DNA from: Tubiluchus corallicola
Taxonomy: Eukaryota > Animalia > Priapulida
Direction: 5' to 3'
NCBI GenBank assembly: GCA_030141605.1
Contig: JAQGDQ010000629.1
Location: 1 to 64,000, forward strand
Length of the DNA stretch: 64,000 bases
Positions 11,237 to 24,814 of the stretch are shown piece by piece. The notes below the pieces were generated by a model. It was not told where the DNA came from and ran no database searches. It worked only from the letters and a program-made list of their open reading frames with translations. Made by a program: the position numbers and the translations under genes. Position 1 is the first letter of the stretch. Each line of letters starts with the position of its first letter.

Positions 11237-12466
11237 AGTCGCCAAATTCCCGCCAGTATGTCGGTACCGGAAGCAAAAGAAAGCGGAAATAGCAGATCCT
11301 GATATCCCAAGGGAACGCGTGCGGCTGCCGTTATCCAGTAAACGAATGATAGATCAAATATGAGTTTATGTACAAAGGCCTAGTTTATATTTAACTAAAC
11401 ACATAAATCATTAATTCTTAAAGTCTTGGTTCTTTAATTACCTAATTAGCAGTTTGCCTAACAATTTACCGTAATCTTCTACATATATTGTTATCATCAC
11501 TTTGTTTTAATTTGCACTGTTTTTGTAGTAGTCCTATATTATTTTATTTCATTTTTAACTGCCTTGTCACTCGTGTATTGTACTTTGAAGTTTACGAAAT
11601 AAATAAAAATAATAATAAAAGTAATTTGTGATTAGGCAAACTTCTAAAGCATTATATTACAATTAAGCTTTTCAAAAGAAGCCAAGTTTTTGTGTAAAAT
11701 ACTAGCTATTTAAGTGAAACTTTTCTTGTAAAATGTTCGTTTACGTTAAACTTTGATTTTTTCTGCTTCGAGGTTGAAGTATGTTTGGTAATTTAACTGA
11801 AGAGTTTTTAAACACTTTTGTATATTAATATTAACGTTTCTTTCCAGTCGAAGATGCGGCAACTGCACAGATGGGAAGATGGTCCTAGTAGGCTGCATGG
11901 GGCGTGGAAACAGGATTCACTGGCGACGTGGAACTGCCCGTGGAAGCAGGTGGACCCAATACCAGCTCCACAACCTCGAGTGACGAGGTAGGCGTGACAT
12001 TATAGGTTCCTATGGCCGCTATAGTTGCCGGATGATAATAATTTAACTTTCTGATGCCTTCCCCCTGAGAAAATGTACCAAGCATCTCTAGTTTTGTAAG
12101 TGCAAGTGTTAAGTCCCTTTTACATTATTTTTGCAACAAATGTAGGATAATGCATGAAGATATTTGACAGTTTTCCGATAATGGATAACGCAGCATGGCA
12201 TTTTTATAAACGGCCATGAAAAATACAAGATTAAAATCCTACTATTACCTGGATAAAGTTATGTTTGATTATTTTGACAATCATAATTATTATCAATTAT
12301 AATTTTCAATGTGCTACTATTATCATTGCTCCTAAAAATTAAATATTTAATTAATAATAATAATAATTAATAATTAAATATTATTAAGTGTTTAGCAAAT
12401 TATCAAAAAAATATTAACTATTTTCAGGCATTGTTATGTTTCATTTTTTCCCTTTTCATCTCGTTG

Positions 12467-12695
12467 AAGCAAAACCGGATCCAATCTTAAACTGTAGGTC
12501 AAAACAGTCTACTCTTTAAAATATTGAAAGGAGGAAACATACTATTTTTTCAAAAATGACTTGCATGAAAGAATTATTATCACACAAACAATTTCGCGTT
12601 AGTGCCACTAGTTCTTCGCTGTTACATACATTTCACCATTCCCTAGCTATACGGGCACTAGCGCCTGCATATCGGAAACGCGCTGCACAAAAACA
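12467..12695 (+). repeat. Dispersed repeat, second copy at ~18467-18695 (CYP intron)
   Basis: aagcaaaac.ggatccaatcttaaactgta...cggaaacgc..tgcacaaaaa is shared by both copies. Confidence 0.85.
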
Positions 12696-14302
12696 GGTGC
12701 TGTACCTCTCGGTTCAGATGTGTTAGTTTGTGACGAACTGCGCACGTTCCACAGCTCAGGCGTTCGCACCACTGGCAGTTACATGCATTTCGCCATTCAC
12801 TAGTTAATTAATTTTTGCTGTTAATTAAGTTTCTAATCTTTTATTTAATTATCAGAAACGCTTTTGCAGTATTAATTTTGTCAAAATGTATACTTTTGAA
12901 GATCATTTCTGTAGCATGTGTCGCACGGGTTCAGACAAAACTGAACACCAGAACAGTTTTATCCGACTTGAAAATGGGTTGGTATGTCTATAAAGGAAAA
13001 ATCATGCTCTTTTCCTTTAACGACTATAATTCTACAGCAAAAATGATAAAAAAAATTCACATAAACTTAAATTCAAATTATTCAATATTTATTTACTTTG
13101 GCATTTGTCGCCGAGTGTTTAAAATTCAACATTTTCAACTCAAATTCTACATTATTGTAACTAGAAAGATGCGCATTGGTTTTGTTCTGGGTCTGTAAAA
13201 ATGTCGTTTTTACAGGAATGAAAGTCAAAAGATTAAATCGCACATTAAAAACAACCAGAATCTTTCGTCTATATTGCAGTTTAATTTGTTTCCGGAACTT
13301 TCTGGTACGGAAAACCGAGATTCAACTAGAACATTCAAGGACAAATCTCTGTCTTCTTTGGCACTGTGCCTAAATGGAGTTTTATCATGTCAAAGCGCCT
13401 GAATTACTAGGAATTATTAAAAGTGAAAAATACAATAGCAAACGAAGTGCAGAAATTTTCCATAGAGAATAGAGACTTTTCGAAGTTGCAATGTCTATTA
13501 CCGATCATTCCAAATCACCAAATCTTGAACGTGAGTTGTCAAGTAACAATAATCAGGTTCAAAAGTTGTCCGCAGGGTAGAGGCGTGATCGACCCTACAC
13601 GAGGAAGTACACAAATAACGACAAATCTTTCATGCCTGACATCACCAACCGCACGATTTCCAAATTTAGTTCAATTTATGAACGCAAGAAAGTTTATTGT
13701 TGCTGTGACTTGAACTTAAACTGTTATTAGTAGGGACGAGCATCGAACGTTCGAATCGATTTTTTATATCGAAATTGTCATTAAGAAAATAATTAAAAAA
13801 GGATGAGAGAAAACTAGCAGAAACACGAATAAACAGGTACGCAAGTAGGCGAATAAGCACACAAACAAACGAATCAATGCACGAAAAATAAATAACAGAC
13901 ACAAAACAACAAACAAACAAATTTTCAATCTGCATGGCACAAGAAAAAAATAAAATAAAAATGATTTGACTTTACTAACATCTAACCTTATTGTTACAAG
14001 TGTTTTATCGTCTGCGTTCTGAAGCAATATAGTGGTAACTGCTATAAATCATTGGTGCCAAGAGGTTTCAAATAAAAAAATGAAATGAACACAGATGTTA
14101 ATGCGCAAATCTTATTCTGCTGAATCTGTGATACCTCACCAAATGCAAGGCAACGGAATTTCTACGACGCTTATTTTTCACGCAAAACACACAGGTGGGT
14201 ATTGGATATTGGCTACAGGACACAAGTAAACAAAAAAAATCACAAAATTCACGATGATAGATCGAGTAATTATCTAAATTTGACGTTAAAGCAAGTTTAA
14301 GC

Positions 14303-14785
14303 CAGGGGTGTGCAAATTATCTGACTAGTCGGGCCACATTAAACTTTCCCGTAATTTCTGCGGGCCGCATGCAGTTAGATCAAGGAGCCAAGTACAGAAA
14401 GGCCTATTAACGATTTTTTTGCATCCGACCTGCGTACATCAATACTACTACACTCAAGAAACTATTTTAGAACTTATTAAAATTTATATTACAAACCATA
14501 TATTTCTACTTTCAGGACAGATAGTGGTAATTTCATTACAATGCATATTAGTAATGTGTATCACACACACAGTCTGTGTAGTATAGTGACATTAAGCTAC
14601 AACCGTCTTGTAAGGGGTAATGGCATCCGATTTAGTAGAAAAAACTACAAGCACTATCTTTGGGACCGTGGCACGGACTTCAGGTGGATACACTCAACTA
14701 ATCGCCCGGACCGCACTTTCATTAGGTTGACAAATTCTCTCGGCGGGCCGCAAGTGGCCAGTGGGCCGCAATTTGCACACCCTTG
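14303..14785. mobile_element. hAT (Charlie-like) MITE
   Basis: TIRs CAGGGGTGTGCAAATT / AATTTGCACACCCTTG; perfect 8-bp TSD GTTTAAGC (14295-14302, 14786-14793); subterminal GCGGGCCGCA motifs. Confidence 0.93.
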
Positions 14786-15267
14786 GTTTAAGCCATCAAG
14801 TACTGTCAACAATTAAAATCTAGTTTGCAACCAGCTTTCTCATGCTCAAAATATTTACTTAAATTGTTCCTTTTTTAAACCTAATCACATAAAAGACGTT
14901 AGTTAAATATTTTTTAAACTTACAATTCTCTAACGCTAAAACTTTTCTGACAGCATTTAGCAAATAAAAAAACTCTTTTTAAAGTCATTTTTCTCTCTAT
15001 TCTCGTACAGCTATATTCTATCTTATTAATGTTGATTAACGAACATTCATTTGAATCTTATAAGGTTCGGGAGCTGACACTAGGAAACCCAAATGTGGTT
15101 CTAAGCTCGGTTTAGGGGCACCAGGAGGTAGCTGAATGTCAAAGTTTTGTAGTATGCTCGTGAAGTATAAAAACAGCTCCATTCTTGCCAAAGCTTCACC
15201 AAGACAGACACGTCGACCTAAACAAACAAAACTATTTTAATAGGACTTGCACATGTTTTTCTCTTAA

Positions 15268-15728
15268 CCCTTTCATACCCGCTGTATCCCATGGGATACG
15301 AGAATATCTCCTGCCTTTAAAATTAACAAAATTTTAAAACTGACAGTTATTTGATCTGTTAATAGTTATTCTGATTTAAGCCAATAACAATAGACTACAA
15401 ATGGTGATAAAATGGCAAACTAGAAAATCTACATAGCATAAAAAACTGCGCAAGGTACAGTATTTTAGAGACGACTTCGTACAGATCAGCATAGCATGCA
15501 TACTAAATGTCTTAAATACTTTAAGAAATTATCAGCAGTTGCAAAATGAAGCACATTTTATGCTTCCATTGAATCCCAATGTATCCCGTGGGATACAGGC
15601 TATATTTAGCACGCGGGCACAGGTAGAAAAAAATAATTATTTTGTGTAAACAAGATGGACATACTGAACAAAAGTACCAAGCCAAAAAAAATGTTTCTTA
15701 TTAAAAAAATAATTTGGGACTGAAAGGG
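15268..15728 (+). mobile_element. piggyBac-type MITE (copy 1 of 3)
   Basis: TTAA|CCCTTTCA...TGAAAGGG|TTAA; subterminal palindrome GTATCCCATGGGATAC. Confidence 0.93.
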
Positions 15729-16859
15729 TTAATACTCTGCTGATACTTGTAAGTTCGTTTGGTCTTCTTTTGAACAGCTTTTAAAATGATTCTTCAATTC
15801 ATTTTGCAGTTACGCGTTATTCATAATGCTTTTTATTGAAGCTGCCAAAGCCGCTTTTACAAACCTGCATGTTGCATTGGAACTTTCATGTTTAGACCTA
15901 TTTATAAGAGGCCTAGTTTCCATAGTAGGTAGAACGTTAGGACCCATAAGTGGTAGAAAGTTTTCAGAATCTTGGGAAACATCGCGCTAAACAGAGTCTT
16001 ACTTACATTCAAAGACTCACATTCAAATCGTAAAGAAGACAAAGGGCCCATTAAGAGTCAAAAGTTTTCGTCCTTCAAGGACTTGGTCAGCTGTAAGGTA
16101 GAGGCACATTGTCTTTTTTATGATTATGGGAAGTCTCAGAAGAGCACTGTTTGTTTTTGCTTATGTTCATGCTGCATGTGCATAACTGCAAAATTAAAAG
16201 TGTGTACGATTTGGTGGCATTGTGACATTATTTAGTTAAATTGCTAATGGACTAAATAACTGTTCTATATTGTGGTATTAGTTTTACTGACGGTAATCAA
16301 GTTCAGTCACATGACTAACTGCCTTTCAGGAATTTGTGATTGCCTGTCCTATAAAAATGCCTTTCTAGTGGGCTATACCCGTGTCCTTCTGACAAGATTG
16401 AAACTCCCTTTGTGTTTTTGGAATGAGAGCCAAGGCGAGCATTATATAGACATAAAACACTTTTAGATATGTTGACTTGATTTGTTGGAGATTTGTCTTC
16501 AACACTGTCCTATAAGAAAATGTCTTCCTAGTTCGCTATACATTTTAACAAGATTCAAATTCCCTTTGTGTGTTTATACTAGAGCGAAGATGAGCATTAT
16601 ATATGTATACATACATATATATAATGTATAATGTATACATATAAATGTGTACATTATATATATGTGTAATAGGAGTATAAATATATATATATATATATAT
16701 ACAACAGCTTTTTAGAAATATGGGCTAGATGTGTTGGAGATTAGTGGCATGCAATGGTGGACGCATCACATTGCCTAACCAGGTGCTAAATGTGTAATAA
16801 AAGGTATGCTGCTTCCAAAAATATCTATACCAAAACATTGCTCTACTTCTTGTCAGGTG

Positions 16860-17075
16860 TCTGTGTGGTTACAACACCTGAAACCCAATTCAGAGGTTCT
16901 GGGTTCGAATCCAAGTTTTTAGGTATTAATACGCAGAAAGGGCTCTCTGGTTACCTTTCTAGGCTTACTCAAACTTAACCGAGAATTGATATGTATTGGT
17001 GAAAGAAAAACAGGTCTATCTGCCTGTCCTTCCCTTCTGATGAGGTTTTGTAAATAGATTCCATAACCATCTATC
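16860..17075 (+). mobile_element. tRNA-derived SINE-like fragment
   Basis: A-box-like GTGTGGTTA and B-box GGTTCGAATCC, followed by a non-tRNA body. Confidence 0.45.
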
Positions 17076-19028
17076 CCACGGCCCCTCCATTAGAAGGTTT
17101 TCTTTTTCTTCTTCTTTCTCTAGGTGTAAAATAAATCTCACCAACTGAAAATGGAATTACTGCATCATTCTTTACAAACTCTCCTTTGTCGTTCAAATGG
17201 CGTTCAGGACAGAAGTGATTAGGTTCCGGAAACATGCCCGGATCCCGATGAATGGCCGTCAAGTTCAATATCACAGTCGTACGAGCTGGTATTCTGTAGC
17301 CCTGAAACGTCACCTCTTTTGAAGTGGAATGTGGTACTCCAAGTGGTGCAATGTTTCCTGAAAATGTGTTGAAAATGTTACTTTCAAAATATCAAAAATT
17401 GCAGGCCATGACAAATGACTAGTATCATGCTGCTTTAGCTGTGAATATAAACACGAAACAGTGTTTTAAAAGCCGGTAAGTTCTCTGATATGTGCTACAT
17501 ATTTATGGAAAAAAGTGCCACAGAAAAAATGAAAAAATTAGGAAGGTGATAGCAATGAATGTTAATGTAGTTTGTAAATCATCTGTATGGTCAACAAAAA
17601 ATTTGTTATATTTGCCAACACTTTCATTACCCATTCTTTGTACTTCAGTTAAAGTTGCTTCCGTGAAAGGCATGTTTGGTTTGTCGGCTACAGATGGCAG
17701 CCTTGATTTTCCAATGACGTCATCAATTTCTTTCTGCACGCGTTTCTGTACATCGGGATAATGTAGCAGGTAAATAAACGCCCAATAAATTGTCGATGAC
17801 GTGGTTTCGGTTCCAGCAAAGAAACAGTCTAGTGCAACCCACATAAGCTCAGTAACTGAAAAAAGTTAAACACTTACTATTTTAATAGATGTGGCATCCA
17901 TTATTGCAAAAAATCAATAATTTGTATTTTACTAAATTTATATATTAGTGTCACAACAATTAAGCGCTTCGAGTGATTTTTCGAAGTTTTTAATATGCTA
18001 GAACCCTTTTAACATGCTAAAAGAGGCAGAGGAACTCTGAAAAGGAAGTGGGCTAACCTGGAATTCAGACACGTCAACTCGCCTCATATTTAAGATATTT
18101 CAAGGTTTAGTTGTGAACGTATATCAAACATTAATCAATTATTTGATTAAATAAGCTTGCATCTCGACTTTGGAATTAAAAATCTTTCATATTTTGTTTG
18201 AATTTTTTCTTGAAACACATTTCTTTAGTGTCAAAATTGAAAATGAAGAAGCCATCTCATCTCAACTCGTGCTTAACTCAAATCTCTTTTGATCGTGTCA
18301 GAAATCTTATTTCACTGCTACAACGTCAATAAAATTCATTACGCTTATTAAAAATTTGACTTCAAGTGGTTTTTGAAATTTCTTTTCCATGTTTACTTAT
18401 TTCTACTCTAAACTGTGTAGTTTGCATGATTCTCGTGCTTTGACATCATGGTTGCAACCAAAAATAAAGCAAAACAGGATCCAATCTTAAACTGTAATTC
18501 AAAACAATCAAATCTTTAAAATATTGAAAGGAAATATACTTTTTTTTCAAAAACGACTTACCTGAAAGAATTATTACCACACAAACACAATTTCACGTTC
18601 GCGCCACTAATTCTTTGCTGTTACAAGCATTTCGCGTTTCGCTAGTTAGACGGGCACTAGAACCTGCATTTCGGAAACGCATTGCACAAAAAACGGAAAC
18701 GCATTCTATTACCATAACAGCTAGAGTACAATATTAGCCCTTACTGGAATGGATTTGGAATTAATACAATCGATTTTCATTAAATAACAGAAACAACATC
18801 CATCAAATCTTTGCTACGAACCTGAAAATGTGCTATCTGGATCATGTTTGGTCTGATTAATTTCACCAATGTAGGCATCTATGAAATCTCTAGTGTCATC
18901 TGGATTGTACGTTTTCGTGTGTTCGTCCACATGGCTTTTAATAAAGTCCAAAATGTGATATTAATTTTCCATGAACTTCTTGTAACTGAAATAATGATGA
19001 TTAAGCAGTTAATTTCTAGGAAAGCTAA

Positions 19029-19795
19029 GGCCCATTTCACAGTGAAGACGCGCGGCAGAACGCCTAGAGGAGAAATTTTTTGAGGAATTCCTCGCGAAAA
19101 TGAAACACATTGTTTTCTATGGCGCCTTTCACAGTGAGGACGCGCGGCAAAATTCCTCGTGCAACTCCTCTTGGGGAATTCTGCTGCCAGCTAGCAGCTA
19201 TGCGTCCTCCTCGTAAGGAATTTTGCTTGCATTGCATGTTCCGTTTTCTTGAAGAATTCTCGTAGAATTCAGTCTTTAATTTAACTGCTTTGTTATTTGT
19301 TTCTTATTTAACGAACAAAAATTAACACATTTCAGCATAAAATTCCAAGATTTAATCTCTCCTTTAACAGACTGACGATTTTGTGTTTTTTTTTAATGCA
19401 ACATCGATGGCTATATTCGTAAAGACAAAAATAACGCATATATTTTTGTTATACTGTATATTTTTAGATTTTGAAGTCGTTAGTAAAACTTCACTAAAAA
19501 CAAACAGGTCTGACAATACTTTGATTAAGAAACACTTTTATTAATTGTACTTTGCATATGAGAAATAATATAATAAATATGAGGTAAGCAAAACTTATTT
19601 TAAACAGGGTTATACACTACACTTGCGAAGTAGTTTGCAGCTAACTGGATGTGCGGAAAAAACTCTGAAATGAACTTCCTTGCTGCATGTAAATAGGTTT
19701 TCCAGAAAAATTGGAAATTTTCATAAATATTTTCTGATTTTCTGACAGCAGTTCCGTGCGTCATTTTTCTTTGCGTCCTCACTGTGAAATGAGCT
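19029..19795. mobile_element. PIF/Harbinger-type MITE
   Basis: TIRs GGCCCATTTCACAGTGA.GACGC / GCGTCCTCACTGTGAAATGAGCT; TAA/TTA flanks. Confidence 0.8.
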
Positions 19796-22700
19796 TTACT
19801 GAACAAATAACTCGAAGTAAATTTACTGTTTTAACACCACTGATTGAAATGAATTTGGTTTTTAGTTGTATGTATAAGAAAAGAAATTGTTGTTTTATCA
19901 ATCTTTAACACGTAACAGATAACACACGTAATAATTAACGTACCAAACAGTTAAGCGTCAGTCAACACTATTTATATTTATGTTGATGAATTTATGTAGG
20001 TAAATATTATGACCATAGTCCAGAACCTAGTAGCCTTTGATCTAGAACGAGTAACCAGTAGCTTAATGGTCTGGAGATCAATTTTGTTTGAAAAAAGTTC
20101 TCTATTTCCACAAAATATATTGCTGTTTTGGCTTTAGCCTAGTGCGGCTGCGGCAGGATTTAAGGCCAGGCACAGAAACGAACAGGATGACATTTAAACA
20201 TCAAGAATTAAATGGTATTAATAATCACTGGATTTATTGTAAGAGCATGTAGGAACGGACACTTTACGCGCATAAACAAATTGATAACTGGTAACACATG
20301 TCAAAAATTAACAATTTTCTAAAGTTCGCCGAAAGTAAATTTGTAACAATTACCGGATTTATATAAATTAGACACACAGGTAAATCTGGTAACCATGAGA
20401 GTAAATGCCAAGGTTGACGCTAAAACACAGAAGAGCGGATCGTACAAGATCCATAAAAACGGCAAAAATCAAATAATACTGTATTGCCAACGAATATTTG
20501 CGCAAATGTGTTACCGCTTGTACAGTAACAACATTCCGGGATTGATTTTTCTGGTGATCAATCAGCAATCAACTAGTAATCAATTACCAATCAGTCTCTG
20601 CCACCTCAGGAACAAAGGAACAACTTTAGATGAAACCAAACTACTCGAATAAGAAGAAACATGTGAGCCTAGTAAAGCAAAAATTCAGTAGTTTCAGTGT
20701 AATAAATTATTGATCATTAAACAAAAATGACAAAAAATGCTCAAAATGGCCAATATCGCTTCATCAATGAGATTGTTTCCTAATTGAGGTACAACAGGTT
20801 TTGCACGATGAGTAAGATCGTCTGACCCACCTTGATCTAAATCCTGGGAGATACCTCAGCCACGGAAAGACATCAATAAACCCACTAATGTCAGGATTTT
20901 GAACAACTTGAGCAATGTAGTCCATTAACTTGATAAATGCCGAGTCATCGTATTCGTAACGGTTTCCAAATACTATGGAACATATGATATTTGAAATTGT
21001 ATTTGAAAGATATAGTTTAGGATCAAAAGGTTTGCCTTCCTTATCCTTTAGCTCGTTCAGAAAGGCTGATATTTCTTCTTTTATCTTCTTCTCCAAGCTA
21101 ATCTTTCCCATTCCAAACTCTTTGAGTTTACTCAGAGCAAATTTTCTCTGTTCTTTCCATCGTCTTCCTTCTGACATCGAAATTCCTGTAATCCAAACGT
21201 GCAACATTAGGGCCTGTTCACACTTACATGATGAAATAACTTTGTAACAGTAATTTACAAGTAAAATGAACTAGATAAGGTTTTAGCAAGCTGTTAAAAC
21301 TGCTACTATTACAACAGCATGGGCTGTGAGACGTTGTCAAGTGTACACAAATGCGTTTTCTGTTACACTTAACCTTTGATCCATCGTCATCAATCGGTGG
21401 AACTGTGAAAACGCTTATTGTTAACATAAGTACAACAGTTTGTTTTGTATTGTAATAACATTTGCACATTCACATGGCAGATTCCATCGGATAAGGGATC
21501 CACAATTAAGACATGATTAACGGCCATAATAATAATTACAGTAATTTCTTGCTTTTCACTGTCCAGTTTAATCCCTTGGGACTGTAAAATCTTATTAGAT
21601 GTTTAAGTTGCACAACAGCATCTAGCAATAAAGTTGTTTACATTATGGCAAAATCAATCAAGCAACCAATCTCCTTGAATTATTGGGTCGTACTATTGAA
21701 TTATTGACTTTCTTCGAAAGAATTTAGTGATTAAGTTTTAGATATAAGGCTAGCACAATTACCTAAAGCGTCCACGTCCAATGAAGCAAATAGTTGCACA
21801 CCTGTATTACACTGTGTGGAAGTTGTAATTGTACATTTTTAATTAGGTGCTGCCATCTATGAACTAATCCTGTTACATTCCACCAGCTAACTTTCCCCCC
21901 AGTATAATTGTACGGTCCAGTGAATGCGGTCCAGTCACTGGTTCTCTCCCTATTTTAAAGTAATGGTTTTTGTGAAGCCTTTGCAAGTCTGCATAGGACA
22001 CCTGCACCTATATATACTGACTGATTTGCTTTCTAGTGACTGACACTCTTGTTCTCAGTGTTCAGTGCAGCAGTCATTTTACTCATATGTATGTAGTTTA
22101 ATAAACAATTTTCTGTTTTGTGCAATGAAGATATGTATTATAGATTTTTTATTCTTGTTCTACAAGTGAGTGATCTACAACTTTAAACATGATTTTCACA
22201 CACTGTGCTTCATTTGCTTGCAATACTGTTCTCGAATTTGTGTAACTTCCCCACCATACTCGTTTGCTAACTTGGATAGATTTATAAATTACATAAGCTA
22301 ACTTGCCAAAATTTTCAAGCTTTTTTGGAACGGTCTCTGCTATTTTAAATCACTTGTTCAAGATGAAAGAAATCTTGGCTTTTTGAATATGTAAATTAAA
22401 CATTAAGAAAGCGGTTCTTTAAAAACAGAACTACAATTGCTATATGATTGCAGTACTTACCACGCATTTCATCGTCTCCCATAATTTCACCGATTGTAAA
22501 ACTTTCGAACCTTCCAGAAAATACATCTCCATGTTTCAAAAAAGCTTCACGACCCGTTTCAAAATCGTCGATGACCACGTTGAATGTTGGTCCTATGTAC
22601 AGCCCGAAAATGTTGCCATACCGTTTTGTGAGCTTTTCAAAATACGCGCTTGGTTCCCATTGAGAACATCGAACCAACGATGGGCCAGCCCACAGGGCCC

Positions 22701-22999
22701 GGCGGTGCCCCTTCGGGACGTCTCTTCCACTTCCATACAAATAGTAACAAAATGAGCAAAACTGCCGCGATTAGCAACGTTGGAAACATTGTTATTGCTG
22801 ATAACAAAACACAGAATTTTTATATTGCAGTTTCAGAGTAGCGAACCTAACTGCAATTGGCAAGCAGAGCTGTCTGAAGTCCTGGCTATGGGACCAGCAG
22901 TCCATATTATGTTTACTAATGTAAATAAGTTCCAAACCAAGAAGTGCTGCTCAAGCCCATTTACCCAGGAATTCGCAGTAGGCACTAGCGCAGTTTCTA

Positions 23000-23585
23000 G
23001 GGTCTTATAATCGACATAGTACAGTATTTAATAAGTTCCAAACTGCCATTTTCATGCACAAATTCTCTCATAAATTATTGCCTCCCTTATTTACTGATTA
23101 TTTTTGTTTGAATGCTGAGATACATAATTACGGCACACGTTACAGACTTAAATGTTAGAAAATTTTCTATTAAATACAATGGCCCTTACATATGGAATTC
23201 AACTGCTCCAGCTATTAAAAATGCCAACTCGCTTTCCATATTTAAAAAAATATATAAATTAAACTTACTTGAAACATACAACTGATCGCTCAATCATGAT
23301 TTGTTATTTTTCATTTTCAATTACTTGTATAGTATAATAATATTTCTATTACTTCCCTCCCGTATTTATAATTGTATATATTGTAATATTGTATCTGTAT
23401 TTATTGTAATTTTTTTCGTAACTAATTCTAGTGGCCTACCATAAGCTAGCTTCTTAGGTCTCTAGCGCAGAATTCATGAATTGTATCATATTTTTGTATT
23501 AACAAAACCTGATTATCGTGCACATGTAATGTAATGTATATGTATATGTTTATTGCGAAATAAATCTATTATAATCTAAATCTAC
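23000..23585 (+). mobile_element. 5'-truncated LINE (CR1/L2-group) 3' end
   Basis: FMHKFSHKLLPPLFTDYFCLNAEIHNYGTR...FSIKYNGPYIWNSTAPAIKNANSLSIFKK; AATAAA and a (tctaaa)-type tail. Confidence 0.8.
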
Positions 23586-23672
23586 TCTATTTACAAAGCT
23601 GCGTCACATGGTCGACGCCTTCCGTGCAGATGACTGTATGAATATTTTAACATAAAAATTATTTTACCGTCA

Positions 23673-23998
23673 GGCTTTACTTGCTGTACGTTTTACTTTT
23701 AATTTCTGAACTTTTCGTATGGCACTGCGTGAAGCGGCCTAGAGGCGCTCCACCGGAACCAGTTGGCTGGCCTTTTCTGGGAGTACTCTTTTCCATGGGC
23801 AAAAATCCGAGTGCATATTTTGAGCAACTGGCTAGAAAACATGGCAGCGTGATTGGTACCTATCTGGGATCTGCATTTACCGTGGTTATCAATGATTTCG
23901 AAACTGGACGTGAAGCATTCCTTAAGAAGGGAGAAACATTTTCTTCTAGGGCCGACAGTTACATTATTGACCAGACATTCCACGTGAAGGGTTTCAAA
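23673..23998 (+). pseudogene. Orphan exon-1 paralogue of the CYP2-clan gene
   Basis: WHCVKRPRGAPPEPVGWPFLG...PSAYFEQL...VVINDFETGREAFLKKGETFSSR aligns with exon 1 of the - strand CYP. No in-frame ATG, donor phase shifted, no downstream CYP exons seen. Confidence 0.8.
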
Positions 23999-24814
23999 GT
24001 AAGAAGTATTTTAAGGTTGCAATTTGAACTTGATGTAGGACATTGTATCCACATATGCAGCGTTCTCTTTGGCTTTCTCTGGCAATTTTTCTGCATCCTC
24101 GCTGGCTTTTCACTACGTATATCTTCTTCATTGTTATTTTCTTCTTTTTGTTGTTTTCAACTCAGCTTTATTCTCACGAGTTCTCTCTTTGTCTTTCTCC
24201 TTTCTCTCTTTCGTCGCACTTTTTTCTCCTTCTGTTTCGCTCTTCCTTTGCTTCATCTCTTTCTCATATAGACAAGGCTCCTCGAATGGTAAGAATAACG
24301 TTCAGATTTGTTGTCCATTGATCCCACTAGGAGGCAACGACCAAAATTGCGAGAAGAGGAGACAAATGGAGACACAAACTACACCCTTGTGCAAATTAAT
24401 TGAACCACTGACAGATTTAATCGCATTTTCCTAGCCACCCCTCGTGGTATTAAATGGGACATGCACGTTATCAAATCCCCTAAACAGCATCTCTGGTATA
24501 AATTGGCCTAATTTGTATATTACTACAGGTATGATGTAAGCGCAGCAGTATAATGGGGTTCTAACAAAAAGAAGGATACAAGGGATTCGAAATAAGTTCC
24601 TGATGTTACATGGAGAGTCGCCAAAAATTTCTTGAGAAATGAGAACATTAAAGTTTACTGGCCCGGCACTCTTCGTATTTAAACCCTTTTGAAAACTGGT
24701 GGTTGATGTCAAGTTGCACTCGCGAGAGACCGGTTGTGCCACCAGGCAGAAGCTTCATAAATATAAGAAATTGTTTTATACTTGACTTATATTTTATATG
24801 TTAATAATTTAAAA

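Larger units (their letters stand above)
15036..22789 (-). pseudogene. Cytochrome P450, CYP2 clan, 6 exons (22789-22461, 21185-20831, 18985-18822, 17855-17631, 17357-17142, 15217-15036), disrupted
   Basis: Motifs PPGPVGWP, WKEQR, AGTETT, EVQR, PERH and FSVGRRVCLG, with consistent splice phases. Frameshift at ~22654 and in-frame TAA at 18963-18961. Confidence 0.88.

Noticed and set aside
17037-17050. CTGATGAG hammerhead-like core
   Set aside because: No stem II or GAAA follows.
21815-22180. Possible solo LTR (TG..CA, TATA, AATAAA); similar candidate at 31430-31786
   Set aside because: No convincing TSD and no second copy in the window.
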